Shown here: positions 13,601 through 23,762 of the stretch, in pieces
Position numbering within the stretch: the first letter of the stretch is position 1
Layout: the number at the start of each line of letters is the position of its first letter
From: Balanoglossus misakiensis
Taxonomy: Eukaryota; Animalia; Hemichordata
Reading direction: 5' to 3'
DNA length: 64,000 nucleotides
Assembly: GCA_040954595.2 (NCBI GenBank)
Contig: CM082594.2
Coordinates: 4,077,319 to 4,141,318 of the forward strand
The notes under the pieces: generated by a model
Database searches by the model: none
The model's input: only the letters and a program-made list of their open reading frames with translations
Told to the model about the DNA's origin: nothing
Position numbers and translations under genes: made by a program

Positions 13601-13742
13601 TACAGAAGCAAAGGTTTTCATCGCTTCCAAGGGATCGGCGTGGTCAAGTGTAGCAGAGTCAGAAAGGAAACTTCTTAAGCGAACAACAACACATTTATCG
13701 TCACTAAAGCAAATACCAAAAATGGTTAATAATATTAACTGA
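4472..13742 (+). CDS. O-fucosyltransferase-fold (POFUT1/POFUT2-like, GT-B) glycosyltransferase, 5 exons, 423 aa
   Basis: join(4472-4636, 11337-12022, 12461-12608, 13357-13492, 13606-13742): all GT-AG introns with matching phases (0,2,0,1), 1272 nt. Motifs LAVLQNRTVVLYP, FLGFHWR, VYLA and VEQEVIKQAKVFIASKGSAWS match the O-FucT family pattern (xxxHLR ... DQxIC...FIG...STFS). Confidence 0.8.
5505..5813 (-). mobile_element. MITE family A copy 2 (diverged, opposite orientation, left end uncertain)
   Basis: GACTAGAATTCATTTGTTAACAATAACAATGGTCGTTACAC is the diverged reverse complement of ~2320-2366; ends AAAAGTTGCAGCTAAAGTCCCT. Confidence 0.62.
6081..6290. mobile_element. Small TIR element (MITE-like), ~210 bp
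   Basis: 30-bp inverted repeats CGATTGGAACTATTTTGGGGATGATTGCAT / ATGCAATTATCCCCAAAATAGTTCCAATCG (1 mismatch). Confidence 0.65.
9625..9830 (-). mobile_element. MITE family A copy 3 (internally deleted)
   Basis: AGCTCCATTGGCTGTAAC ... GTTACAGCTAATGTCCCT followed by TTAA; 9690-9750 matches the reverse complement of ~2418-2476. Confidence 0.7.
11337..12022 (+). CDS. O-FucT-like gene exon 2
   Basis: Acceptor tttttcag; 228-aa open frame ending FLGFHWRNRTGE; donor GTAAGT at 12023. Confidence 0.85.
12461..12608 (+). CDS. O-FucT-like gene exon 3
   Basis: Acceptor acacag; CMIWNQ...VSCVYLAYPEYAQ; donor GT at 12609; phases consistent. Confidence 0.78.
13357..13492 (+). CDS. O-FucT-like gene exon 4
   Basis: Acceptor ctcttttcag; RMYT...DDNYVISLVEQEVIK; donor GTGAGT at 13493. 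Confidence 0.82.
13606..13742 (+). CDS. O-FucT-like gene exon 5 (terminal)
   Basis: Acceptor ttacag; AKVFIASKGSAWSS...; TGA stop. Confidence 0.8.
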
Positions 13743-14058
13743 AGCGGAAGTTTCGGGACATAACGATTGGCACGTGTTACTTCTGAACTACCTTTTATCT
13801 GCTTTATTGATTTTGATAACCTTTTATAGTCAATGACATTTGTAAACCAATTTAGAATTCATATTAACCATGACCTATGAAATTATAAATACTGAAACGA
13901 TTTATTATAAACATTATATCTGTCATGTGCTGACCATAGGATTGTAGGTGTTATGGCAAAATACACGAATTAATGCTTAAATAGAAAGTCCAACCATCAG
14001 CTTTCCCCGGCAAGAGCTTTTATGTTACTATTTTAAGCACAGCATATTAAATATTATG

Positions 14059-14124
14059 AGGTTATTACGAAAATACCACAAAGTATGCACGAGTGCATAC
14101 TTTGCGGTATTTTCCTAATAACCT
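14059..14124. repeat. Near-perfect 66-bp palindrome/hairpin (possible collapsed MITE)
   Basis: AGGTTATTACGAAAATACCACAAAGTATGCAC-GA-GTGCATACTTTGCGGTATTTTCCTAATAACCT; 32-bp arms with few mismatches. Confidence 0.8.
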
Positions 14125-15416
14125 TATTATTATACATCTTACATCTCCGTTAGTTCTTGTTTTGCATGTTACTTGGCTTTCAAAACGCCCAAAATGCCGA
14201 TACAATCGATCGAAAACCGCTCAGCTGAAACAGTGAGCAGCCATCTTTCTTTTTTTGTTTACGTGTGCGCGCGTGCGTTGGAGTGGGGGCGCCTTGAAAC
14301 CGTCCGCATACATGTAACAACGCATACCTGTACACGGTGATGTATAATAAATAAATCATATCCATTGCTTTCTGGTCCATCATGCAGGTAGTACTATCAA
14401 GCTGTCCCCTGTCATCATCGTCTTTTCACTTCTCACTTTGATTCTCTTGCACAGTAAAAAAAACTTCCTTATAAGATTTTGTAAACCCGAAGTTTAGAAG
14501 ACGCTGACATGTTTATCATTACTTCAGAAGACGCGGGTATGATTTATGCAAATGTTTCCGAGCTATATTTAGACACTCGTACGTGTGCACTTGCACGTAA
14601 ACGCGTAAAAGAGGAAGTGAAAAGTCGCGCGCTACAGTCGCTTGCCGACACCACGATAGCATCAACCTCTCTCTAAATATACATTACTCTGAAGAGAAAT
14701 AGATTGTTTTCATTTATTTACTGAAATCTGGTGGCTAGAACCCCATTTTATTTCACTTTAACCAACAGTGTTACTCTTAGCATGAGCGACTATCGGCTCG
14801 GCTCAACAGGTGAACATGAAATTAACTTGCCCAGGCCTGTGTAAACTTCGAGGAAACCGATCGCTGTTTTTTTTGCAAATGGCACATGAATACTAACTGG
14901 TATTGTCGCGTGAAAATAACATGACTCTTGCGTGAACCACGTTGCCTGGCCTGCGGGGATTTGTGTCCTAAAAATCTCCGCATCTGATTTTGTTATTGAT
15001 GCGCCCCCGTGACCCACGCTCGGGGGACATGTTGTTTACTATATTTGCGTCAAAATACGCAAGGCCGCGCTCGCGCTCTGGGGGGAACAATTCTTTTAAG
15101 GCGTGCTCTTAAAATCAGTGAAGTCCCTAACAAAAGAGACTAAATTCGCGCCAAAATGCAAATTATTGGGCGGAGCGGCGGGTACAATCAATGTAGGTCT
15201 TCATGATGAACCAGGAACTTCCCGAGCATTGACCTCGCCAGTAAAACCAAAGTCATCTGAGATTTCGGTCAGCCCGGGCCCCCATTTCAAAACGACTCGG
15301 ACAAACACGGGTGATCCGTCGCCACCATACCTTTTGCAAAACATGAGATGGATCGACTTTTTCAAATATCGTACTTCCGGTATACAGTCAACCCAGCGAG
15401 ATTCGCAATGGGTTTA

Positions 15417-15595
15417 CAGTGAAACATATCTATTTAGGACGCAAATGGGACTCAAGAAAGACAGTCCTTAATATAGAGGTGTCCTTCCTTAATAGACAGG
15501 TAATACTCTATTCACACAGAGACTTTTGTCTCAAAAATGTCCATAATAGAGAGTTGTCCTGATTAGAGAGGTGTCTGTAATGACATGTTTCACTG
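15417..15595. mobile_element. Tc1/mariner-superfamily (pogo/Tigger-like) MITE, 179 bp
   Basis: TA-CAGTGAAACAT ... ATGTTTCACTG-TA; TA target duplication, CAGT termini, internal repeated GTCCTTAATA/AGAGGTGTC motifs. Confidence 0.72.
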
Positions 15596-15599
15596 TATG

Positions 15600-15925
15600 T
15601 AGGCTTATCCCAGCCGCAATACGAACATGGGGAAACTTGGAATGACGCTAGTCAGTGATCGTCTTTGAGACTTTAAGGCGTGGTCTCAAACTCAGTGAAG
15701 TTCAAAATAAAATAAAAGAATTTCGTGCCAAGTTGCATATATAAATTAAGAGAAAATTCTCAATGGGTGTTTATAGGCTTATCTCGGCCGCAATGCGGGT
15801 CGCGCTATGGTGAAACTTGGCCACGGAATGACGCTATAGTCAGTGACCGACTTTGACGTGGTCTCAAACTCAGCGAAGTTCAAAAGAAAGAAAAAGAATT
15901 GAGTCCGTGCCAAATTGCACATTAT
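15600..15925 (+). repeat. Diverged local tandem duplication (two units starting 175 bp apart)
   Basis: TAGGCTTATC..GCCGCAAT..GAAACTTGG..GAATGACGCTA..GTGGTCTCAAACTCAG.GAAGTTCAAAA..CGTGCCAA.TTGCA occurs at ~15600 and ~15775. Confidence 0.8.
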
Positions 15926-16321
15926 TGGGCGGAGAGGTACAACGCACGTTTTGTATACCAGAAAGACCAGTCGTGGGGGCACAGCGGGACCACCCCAGAA
16001 AATGTCATTGGGAGGGCGCTGGACCTATATCTAGCGTTAACATCATTACTATAGTATAGTACAATTTATTAGCAATTATTACGTAGGGAGTGGTTTGGAA
16101 CCTCAAAAATCCCCAGGTGGCGTATGGAGGATCATATGTAAAAATCTATAATTTTGAACAAATCATCTCTGTTTATTACATAATATTAAAACTTAACAAC
16201 ATTGACAAGGTTAAAAATTCCTAGACAACATCGTGATCATGCTCACATGACACCCGTTATATTGTTTGTCTTACAAATTAATAACTGCAGCATAAAATGA
16301 TGAATGATATACGCGTATTAA

Positions 16322-16453
16322 AGGTATACGGTCTCCTATGCAAATTTAGCTACAGTTACCATGGCAAATTTTCAGGGGTGGCACAGTTCTTTAAAAACAC
16401 ACGTCATTTTTGCCATTTATGGACATATGTATATTGGAGGTGACCGTGTACCT
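16322..16453. mobile_element. Kolobok/T2-like MITE, family B, 132 bp
   Basis: TTAA-AGGTATACGGTCTCCT ... AGGTGACCGTGTACCT-TTAA; a related decayed left end occurs at ~27120-27175. Confidence 0.75.
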
Positions 16454-17901
16454 TTAAAGCATGTTAAACAGGCGGCAGATAATATACCAATAGCATCATA
16501 AAGATTCCACAGAAAAGAAAAAGAGTTCCCTATTGAGGTTGCTGGACAGAAATTCTGATTATTTACCATATTGCTTAATCCACACAAAAACAGTATCGAC
16601 CACGCCCCTAAATTAGCATATGTCGATTACAGAGATGGACGCTGTAACTTCTACAAGTCATGCCCTGGGCGACACAGTGCACAGTACGAACATCCAAAAT
16701 TGCCACATCCGAAATATTTAGCAGACTAAAAAATGAACGCTTCATGTATCCGTATACTCACGTGACACGATTGTGATAAAATGTAACTTACCATATATAC
16801 TAGAATTATTGTCTTTGCGATTCTCGGGTAAATAAAAGTGGAACATATCTTGATATATGATTGTAGGGCTAGTATAAACTTGTTCACTATTTAACTACAG
16901 CATACACTGTACGTCTTATTATTATTTACAAATAAATTCGTGCTACAGTCGAACTGCAGTTAGTAAAGACTTTCTTGTGATTATTAAAGAATGAAACATG
17001 AACGGTAAAAAAACTAGATAAAAGAAGATCTTACTTTTACATAGAATAAACAGTTTCACTCTGTTTCACGTTGTTCGTGAGTCTGCCGATGAAAAACGTT
17101 GAGTACAACAAACGAACGAACTCCTGCAACGCGAGGGCGCATGCGCTCTATCGAGTAAAGCCATTTCCAAAAAGACTAGTTGAAAACATCCAAAGAAAAA
17201 CGATCATAATTTGCATTGAATTCGAATACCGGTATGTTTTGTGATATATCTACTTTGTGCAACACGTTAAAGAATCGTGTTTTTAATAGACTATACAAAA
17301 AAATCACTCCGTCTTCGAATGTTTTTCTCTCATTGCTGAAAGAAACAATGGTAAAGATGATTGTTCAAGAAATATATGCGACCGTTTCTAAATATTACTA
17401 CTACTATGTCAACTTTTTTCTTCAATTATTTCCTTAATTGCATTCTACATAACAGTGACACTTCATATGAAATAATTAAACGCGAAAGCACAGAAAAAGA
17501 ACAAGTAATACCTTAATGGCATTTCGACGAATTATGTCAGTTCCATTTTGCGCAGGACCAATTTTACGACATGGTGATTAGGCCAAGCATTTTTAGCTTG
17601 ATGGACAAGTGGTAGTGACTTGACAATGTCAATCATGGCGCATCTAGTTATAAGGTTGGACGCCAACCCCAAAACGAACATACATGTTATTGCCTGAAAC
17701 ATTAAGGATGGGACGACTTTGCTCAAAAACCACACATCAATTCAAAAACGAACTGATCTTCAGCACGGACCCCGAATTCTCCTTTCGCCTTATGGCGCCC
17801 TCATGTGTTGAATTCTTGTTCGCACTGACTAAAACGAACCAACAAATTAAACCCTTGTTTACAGAGTAGAAATCAAAACCAATTTCGCGATCTCGTCGAA
17901 C

Positions 17902-18121
17902 TCAGACTTTTGAAACGTTCGCTTCGTCGCCCTTTTCATTTTCAACCACCAACTCAATAGCTCCGTCTGGGGTTTGTTTTTTCTTTCCGATGTGTTGCTC
18001 TTCGTCGTCATGGTGACCGTGTTCGTGATGATCTTCGTCCAGTTCGGCCACCATTCGGTGATGCACTGTGGCGGAGGCCACGCCGTGGCTGACGCAGTTT
18101 ACTCCTGTACGTATCGCGTCC
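17902..18121 (-). CDS. SLC1A-like exon 10 (TM8b and C-terminal tail)
   Basis: DAIRTGVNCVSHGVASATVHH...ANVSKV-stop; acceptor caacag. Confidence 0.9.
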
Positions 18122-21100
18122 CTGTTGTGCGACAAAGAAAATCATCGTGGTGTTGATGTTTTGGCTTTCTGCGAGCGAGCGAGCGAGAGAGAGAGAGAGA
18201 GGGGGGGGGGGGGACAGACAAACTGACAGAGACAACAGACAGGTAGACAGAAAGAGGGAGACAGACACACAGCAACTTACGGAGACATAGACAGAGAAAT
18301 ACAGAGGTACAGAGTTTTCTGTAAATCTGAGAAAAATGCGATGTGCTGGATATTTGGATGGATAGCTCATGACTTTGGGGATCATAGACGGGTATATAGT
18401 GAACGGCAGGCGAAAGGTCGATGGGCTATCTTGTAGGTTGGCGTGTTTAACTTAAAAATAACGGGTGTAGAAACAAACTTACAGTAACCATTCCATTGTG
18501 ATGAGCAATCCAATGGCCTCCATCGGTATGTTGGTCGTGGTACAGATTTGTACAATAGCAACGATGCTGCCACTCGGGACAGACGGTAAACTGAAAGCAA
18601 TGATCATGGCTAGAACCCTAGATGAAGAGTGAGGAAAGTAAAACAAGAAAAAAGACACAAATTGAGTATTTATGTCAGTGGTAAAATCATAAATCTCCTC
18701 CCTCTAGTGCTCGTCTGGGAGACGATGAAAATAACCGGGTAAAAAACGTTTCTATTACTTTTTATACCCCTGGTGTGTATTTTGAAGGCATCCAGGATAT
18801 TTTTAATGATCAGCACCATGTTATAGTCGCTTCCACATTTTTTGTTTTGGTTTTACAAAGTGTTAGGCCGACAGGTAAAAATAAATCAATATAAATAAAA
18901 ATTCTGTATAACTTCCCAGGGCCCTTTTTTCAATAGTTTTGATTGAGAATTTCAGATTTAAAATGTCATTTTCTGTGTGATTTTGTAAAGTATCTTTGAA
19001 AGTTACGACTTGCCAAATTCACAAACTTTTTTAAAATCAGAAGTACTATCACCCTGAGGATCAAATCAATTTTCCATGACTTTTTAGGCGCCTAGCAACT
19101 ATTCCAGGATTTTATTGGAGCGTGTGAACCCTGGCAGAAGAGACGATACTTACGCTACAACGACAATCTGACCGGCGTTCAAGTTGAGGACAGAACACTG
19201 GGCCAACCAGAGACAGGCAGACATGATGAACATGCAGGAACCGTCGCGGTTGAAGGTGGCACACAGCGGCAGCACAAAACTGTTGACACTCTTGTGCACT
19301 TTGTTGTGTTCCTCCATCCCCTTGATCAAGGTGGGCAGCGTGGCGGCGCTGTGACAGTGGAGAAAAGGAAGCGCGAACATGTTAACAGAAAGGAGGGGGA
19401 ATGCCGGGCCGGAATTCGTATCGAGCGTTCTGATTGGTGAGTACACATTTCTGTATCATGTGTATGGTATTTCTCAAACTATAATATAACGAAGAAGATG
19501 CGTCGTTATCTGAAGCAAAGCACAAAGCTAACCTATCGTTTGAAATGACTAGCAAATGTGCATTGCTTCCATGGGCGCAGCCATTTTGAATTGTTGGTAA
19601 TAACGTCATAAGACGGCCATTTTGCCTAGAATCTGGGCAATATGGTAGATGATCAGGTGATGGTGGCACATACGGCATCCTATACGTTAGCACATGGCAG
19701 CCAGGGGTAGAATTAACCGGACTCGGTTAGCCCGAACCAAAACATGAGTACCAATGGCCGCCCCTGGGTGTCGGGTTGCCTTGTTTCTTTCGTTTTAAAC
19801 TTTAAAACGAAAAACAACAACACATGGTGTAATCTTCGAAAAGACCACCATATCACACCACCTGCACACGCGGTGTTGTCGGAAGCGCGTTTGTTTAAGT
19901 GCTAGAAGGTTAAAATCACATTTCTACTGTCTGTGGTTATACAATAATACAGTGTTATTCAGATCATATCATAATGTGTGTACAAATACCAAGCTTAACC
20001 TTATCACCACCATGTTTTGATCTAAACCCAAAGGTTTTCAATGATAAGGTTTGCCCGCTACAGAGGGGAAATGAGAGTGGAGAGATATAAAGGACGTGAC
20101 CGCAAATATTTCTCTTCAATCACGGTCCCGTACTTAAATGTTTAAAACTACCCTGGAGTGACTTAATATAGAATTGTGATGCAGCAAAACCTGTTAGGCT
20201 CGTGATAAGATGGTTTTATAGGCAAGGGGGATACCCCGAGGAGCCGTTAAAATTGTTAATGCAGTCGGCATGATGTTTGATGATGGAGAGTGCATTAAAC
20301 AACTTACCTGCTTTTAGTAATCATGGCGATCAAAATGGCGTCGGTGTACCCCCAGTAGACTTTGTAAAGTATCCGCCTAGCAACGATGAAATGTATCAGC
20401 GGCAGGGTCACAAACACGTGGATGGTCTCACCGATGATGATGGTGGCCGAAAACAACCCCAGGGTTCGCCACACCTCCGTGATGTTGTCCACGCGCAGCA
20501 GAGCCACCGCGATCAGACTGGCTGTACCAACTGGCAATGTCCTAGAAATGTGTACACCGAACAGGTGATGATTCGACGGTATTGTCATTTTTTTTTTCCA
20601 AATGGTGAAATTACGGACAAGATGGAAGCTGTCACATCAGAATCACAATTCCTTGATTATTGTCATAATTTTGGCTGCCAGCAACATTCGCATCTTCTTG
20701 CTCAACTCCACAAAAAAATGTTCAGACGTAGTATTGGAGGAATACAATCACCTCTAATTTACATAATTGCCATATATGGTTAAAAGCACATGGCTTAGTC
20801 TTCTCAAGACCATCTGATGGCAGACTTTTTTCGCGCGGCCATCCAAGCGAAAATCAACGATTGGTTACACCTACACTTTCTATGACATTTTTATTTGAGA
20901 ACATGCCATTGGTCTTCAATATATTTGAAGTAGGAAGTGTAAATCCACTGTACTCACCACATGTAGGTCGTCAGTATTTTGAACGTCAGAACGCGGAGTG
21001 ATTGTAGAAACCCGAGCATTGTCCGACTGGCTTCCCGCTCAACGCTCATCGCCATCCCCAGCATGATGCAAAAAATGACAACACCTGACGACAAGATTTG

Positions 21101-21467
21101 ACGAAGTCACTTTCGAGGTGTGCAGCAAGTTTGAGCTTGTCATTAACATAATAACAACATAGCGGAAGATGCATTAAAATGTCACAGAAATAGATTGAAG
21201 AGTGTCAAATGACGGCTTGTAGTCATGCAAATTCAGTATTCTTACCTAGCAAGTTGGTAGCGCCCCCATAGACTGTATCTTTGCCGACGACGACCTCCAC
21301 GGTCACATTGGTGCCGTTTCGTTCAACCACCGTCTCCTCCATATCATAAATAGTTCTTGTCTGCCAAAAAGAGAGTAGATATTTTTCTGATTCAGACATG
21401 CTTCAAAATAAGACACTGGTAAAGAGATGAGTCGAAGATCACGATACAGCGACAAAGACTATATCGG

Positions 21468-21555
<88 letters not shown>

Positions 21556-23762
21556 TTCATCATCATCATCATCATCTCAAAATTTCTGACGAACTGATAA
21601 TTACTTACCGAATGTAAACAAGCCAACACGATGTTTTCTGGAATGATGTTCCTGGCATTGAAAATATACAAAAGAGGTGACTACATGTATATTGTTCGTA
21701 CAAGCCTGACCCTACATATTTGATGACGTGACCGCGGACGTTCCCGCTCCTACCTCTATGTATGATACAGCGCACACATTCTGTCGTCTGCACGCCAGCT
21801 CTTTTCGAACACTATAATACTGACTACAAGAGTGCACCATACGTTGTGCTACTTACACAAGATATCTCTCAGGCTCAGTTGGAGCAACTACCCTTTTCAC
21901 GGAATTTCTATTTTATTTGAACACTAAACCATTTTTTCAAATACGCATAAACTTATCAGAAACTGGGTAAGTGCAAAGTATCTGGTTTCAACATGTCCTG
22001 GCCATTATCCCCCTGCAAGCGAACAGGGTCGTCAGAAGTCGTTAGTTCAGAGCAAGATGCGCCATAAATTTTCATAGTGTGAACAGAAGTCGTCGTCTGC
22101 TCGGCAAGTAGTGCCCCTGAAGCCCGCCATAAATATTCTGGAAATTGTCCGCAATGTACGAACGCAGAACTGGTATGCGCATACAGCACAGTGTAATGGG
22201 GGACAGCTGCAACTCATCATTGGCGTGATGTGTCCTCATTTTTCATTCGAACGAGATGCTGCCCCTTTTTAAAGGTTTGCACATGATATCCACTTGAACT
22301 CTCATTCAATGGTGCCACTGCGCCGTGCGTTTATTTTTATAAGCAGGACATTTCTCCCAATGCCCTAGCTACAAAATTTAAATATTGCAGTGGATATAGG
22401 GGCAAAAATGTGAGCTCAACTTTCAATCTTTCCCCGTGTACCAACAGTTACCGATTCCTGGTTGAAAACATTTGCATATATTTGCATAACCTGCCGACAA
22501 TATTGTCACAGCAACAACAAAAAATTATGCATTGAGCAAAGTACTGAAGATGCAGAGGGTATATTTTACTCGTTGATACCTGAACAAATCGGCAAACACA
22601 TCTTGCGTCTCGTATCTTGTCGCCTGAAATGGAATGTCGGTGGAGAAGACCGACCCGGGCTGAATGATGGACACCAGCGCCAATCCCGTCATGCAACTGA
22701 TAAACAGCACGGTCCAGATGTAGCCGAAGGTCATCAGACCCATCTTGCCGTTGACGCGGAGATCCAGCGTCGCCACAGCTACATGGAATTAATAAAAAAA
22801 AAAATTAAAAAATTAAATTTTGGATACAGGGTTTCTATAACAAACACTCTCACAAGTATAGGTGAGCAAGATTTTATCACATCAGTGTAAATTGCACAGG
22901 GACTATAAATATAACCATGTGGCCACTATGTAGAGGTGACCACTAACACAGGTCTCATTGTAACACACCATGCTGCGAACCCTCGATCGTGATTCGTCAA
23001 TACGACGTCACGTGACCTTAGTCATTTCGAACTGTTCCCTAGGGCATCAGTTTGATCGGTTTCTGCCCGGTACTGTTGCCTGGATGTGGTGTGTGTCGTG
23101 TTTGGTGTGTTATAAAACACATGATGACTGACATATTCGGGCAACAGTGTATTTTTGATGACCTCGGGACTGCCAGTCACACCAAAACAGTCTGTTTTCC
23201 CTCGGGCATGTGTATACTGTAATACTCACCGGTTGTGACGCAGGATATCACGAGCGGTAAAATTGTCAGTTTCAAACCGCGAAGAAACAGCTCTCCCGGC
23301 ATTCCTAGCCACATCAAAGCATCTTGGGATACATTCACATCCTGCATAATAAAACAGCGCGTAATGTTTGACAAATTAAATTGCTCCATATAAAATGCAA
23401 ATTGAAACGCAGTAGCCTAAATATGCAAAAAAAATGATGCTTTGCAAATTGTAAAATAAATTCAAATCCGGACTCAACAATACCAGTACTGATTGTACAC
23501 CTATGTGTTGTGCTGATAAACTAAATGGACACTTTTAAATGGTTGACAGAGTAAAATAAGAAACTGTATTTGATGCACGATGTAAAATACTTTGAAACAA
23601 TCAACAGTTACTTACCTGGAGTGCAAATCCAATGATGAACCCGACTACAACACCAACCAATGTCAAGAGCAACAATAAATTATCGATGGCAAATTGTTTG
23701 AGGCAATTCTTAGAAAAGCTGATCTCAGGAATGCCGCCTCTGCACGGACCGCAACACCTCAT
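17902..23762 (-). CDS. SLC1A / dicarboxylate-amino acid:cation symporter (EAAT-like) transporter, divergent, 10 coding exons, 508 aa
   Basis: complement(join(23616-23762, 23230-23341, 22580-22778, 21609-21651, 21246-21360, 20958-21084, 20308-20541, 19154-19348, 18483-18617, 17902-18121)): all GT-AG, phases consistent, 1527 nt. Motifs PGELFLRGLK...PLVIS, DLFRNIIPEN, NLLGVVIF, SSAATLP (HP1), ATFNRDG (TM7), EWLLDAIRTGVN (TM8). Confidence 0.92.
18170..18306 (+). repeat. Compound low-complexity tract (GCGA)n(GA)n(G)n(GACA)-like in the last SLC1A intron
   Basis: Direct reading. Confidence 0.8.
18483..18617 (-). CDS. SLC1A-like exon 9 (HP2, TM8a)
   Basis: VLAMIIAFSLPSVPSGSIVAIV...IPMEAIGLLITMEWL; donor GTAAGT. 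Confidence 0.88.
19154..19348 (-). CDS. SLC1A-like exon 8 (HP1b, TM7)
   Basis: SAATLP...FVLPLCATFNRDG...GQIVVVA; donor GTAAGT. Confidence 0.92.
20308..20541 (-). CDS. SLC1A-like exon 7
   Basis: TLPVGTASLIA...IHVFVTLPLIHF...AMITKS; donor GTAAGT. Confidence 0.9.
20958..21084 (-). CDS. SLC1A-like exon 6
   Basis: GVVIFCIMLGMAM...FKILTTYMW; donor GTGAGT. Confidence 0.9.
21246..21360 (-). CDS. SLC1A-like exon 5 (extracellular loop with N-glycosylation sequons NGT, NVT)
   Basis: TRTIYDMEE...GATNLL; AG/GTAAG boundaries. Confidence 0.88.
21468..21576 (+). repeat. (CAT)n microsatellite, ~36 units, in an SLC1A intron
   Basis: Direct reading; one CTT interruption; lies within intron 21361-21608. Confidence 0.97.
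21609..21651 (-). CDS. SLC1A-like exon 4
   Basis: NIIPENIVLACLHS; 43-nt exon, donor GTAAGT. Confidence 0.88.
22580..22778 (-). CDS. SLC1A-like exon 3 (TM3)
   Basis: VATLDLRVNGKMG...LVSIIQPG...DVFADLFR. Confidence 0.9.
23230..23341 (-). CDS. SLC1A-like exon 2 (TM2)
   Basis: DVNVSQDALMWLGMPGELFLRGLKLTILPLVISCVTT; AG/GTGAGT boundaries. Confidence 0.92.
23616..23762 (-). CDS. SLC1A-like coding exon 1 (TM1)
   Basis: MRCCGPC...NLLLLLTLVGVVVGFIIGFALQ; donor GTAAGT. An acceptor just upstream (exon start ~23791) suggests a further non-coding or coding upstream exon, so the start codon is provisional. Confidence 0.8.

Noticed and set aside
20277-20783. 168-aa plus-strand ORF (also 22462-22890)
   Set aside because: Antisense shadows of SLC1A exons with no recognisable motifs.
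21459-21671. Poly-methionine ORF
   Set aside because: Read-through of SLC1A exon 4 into the intronic (CAT)n microsatellite.
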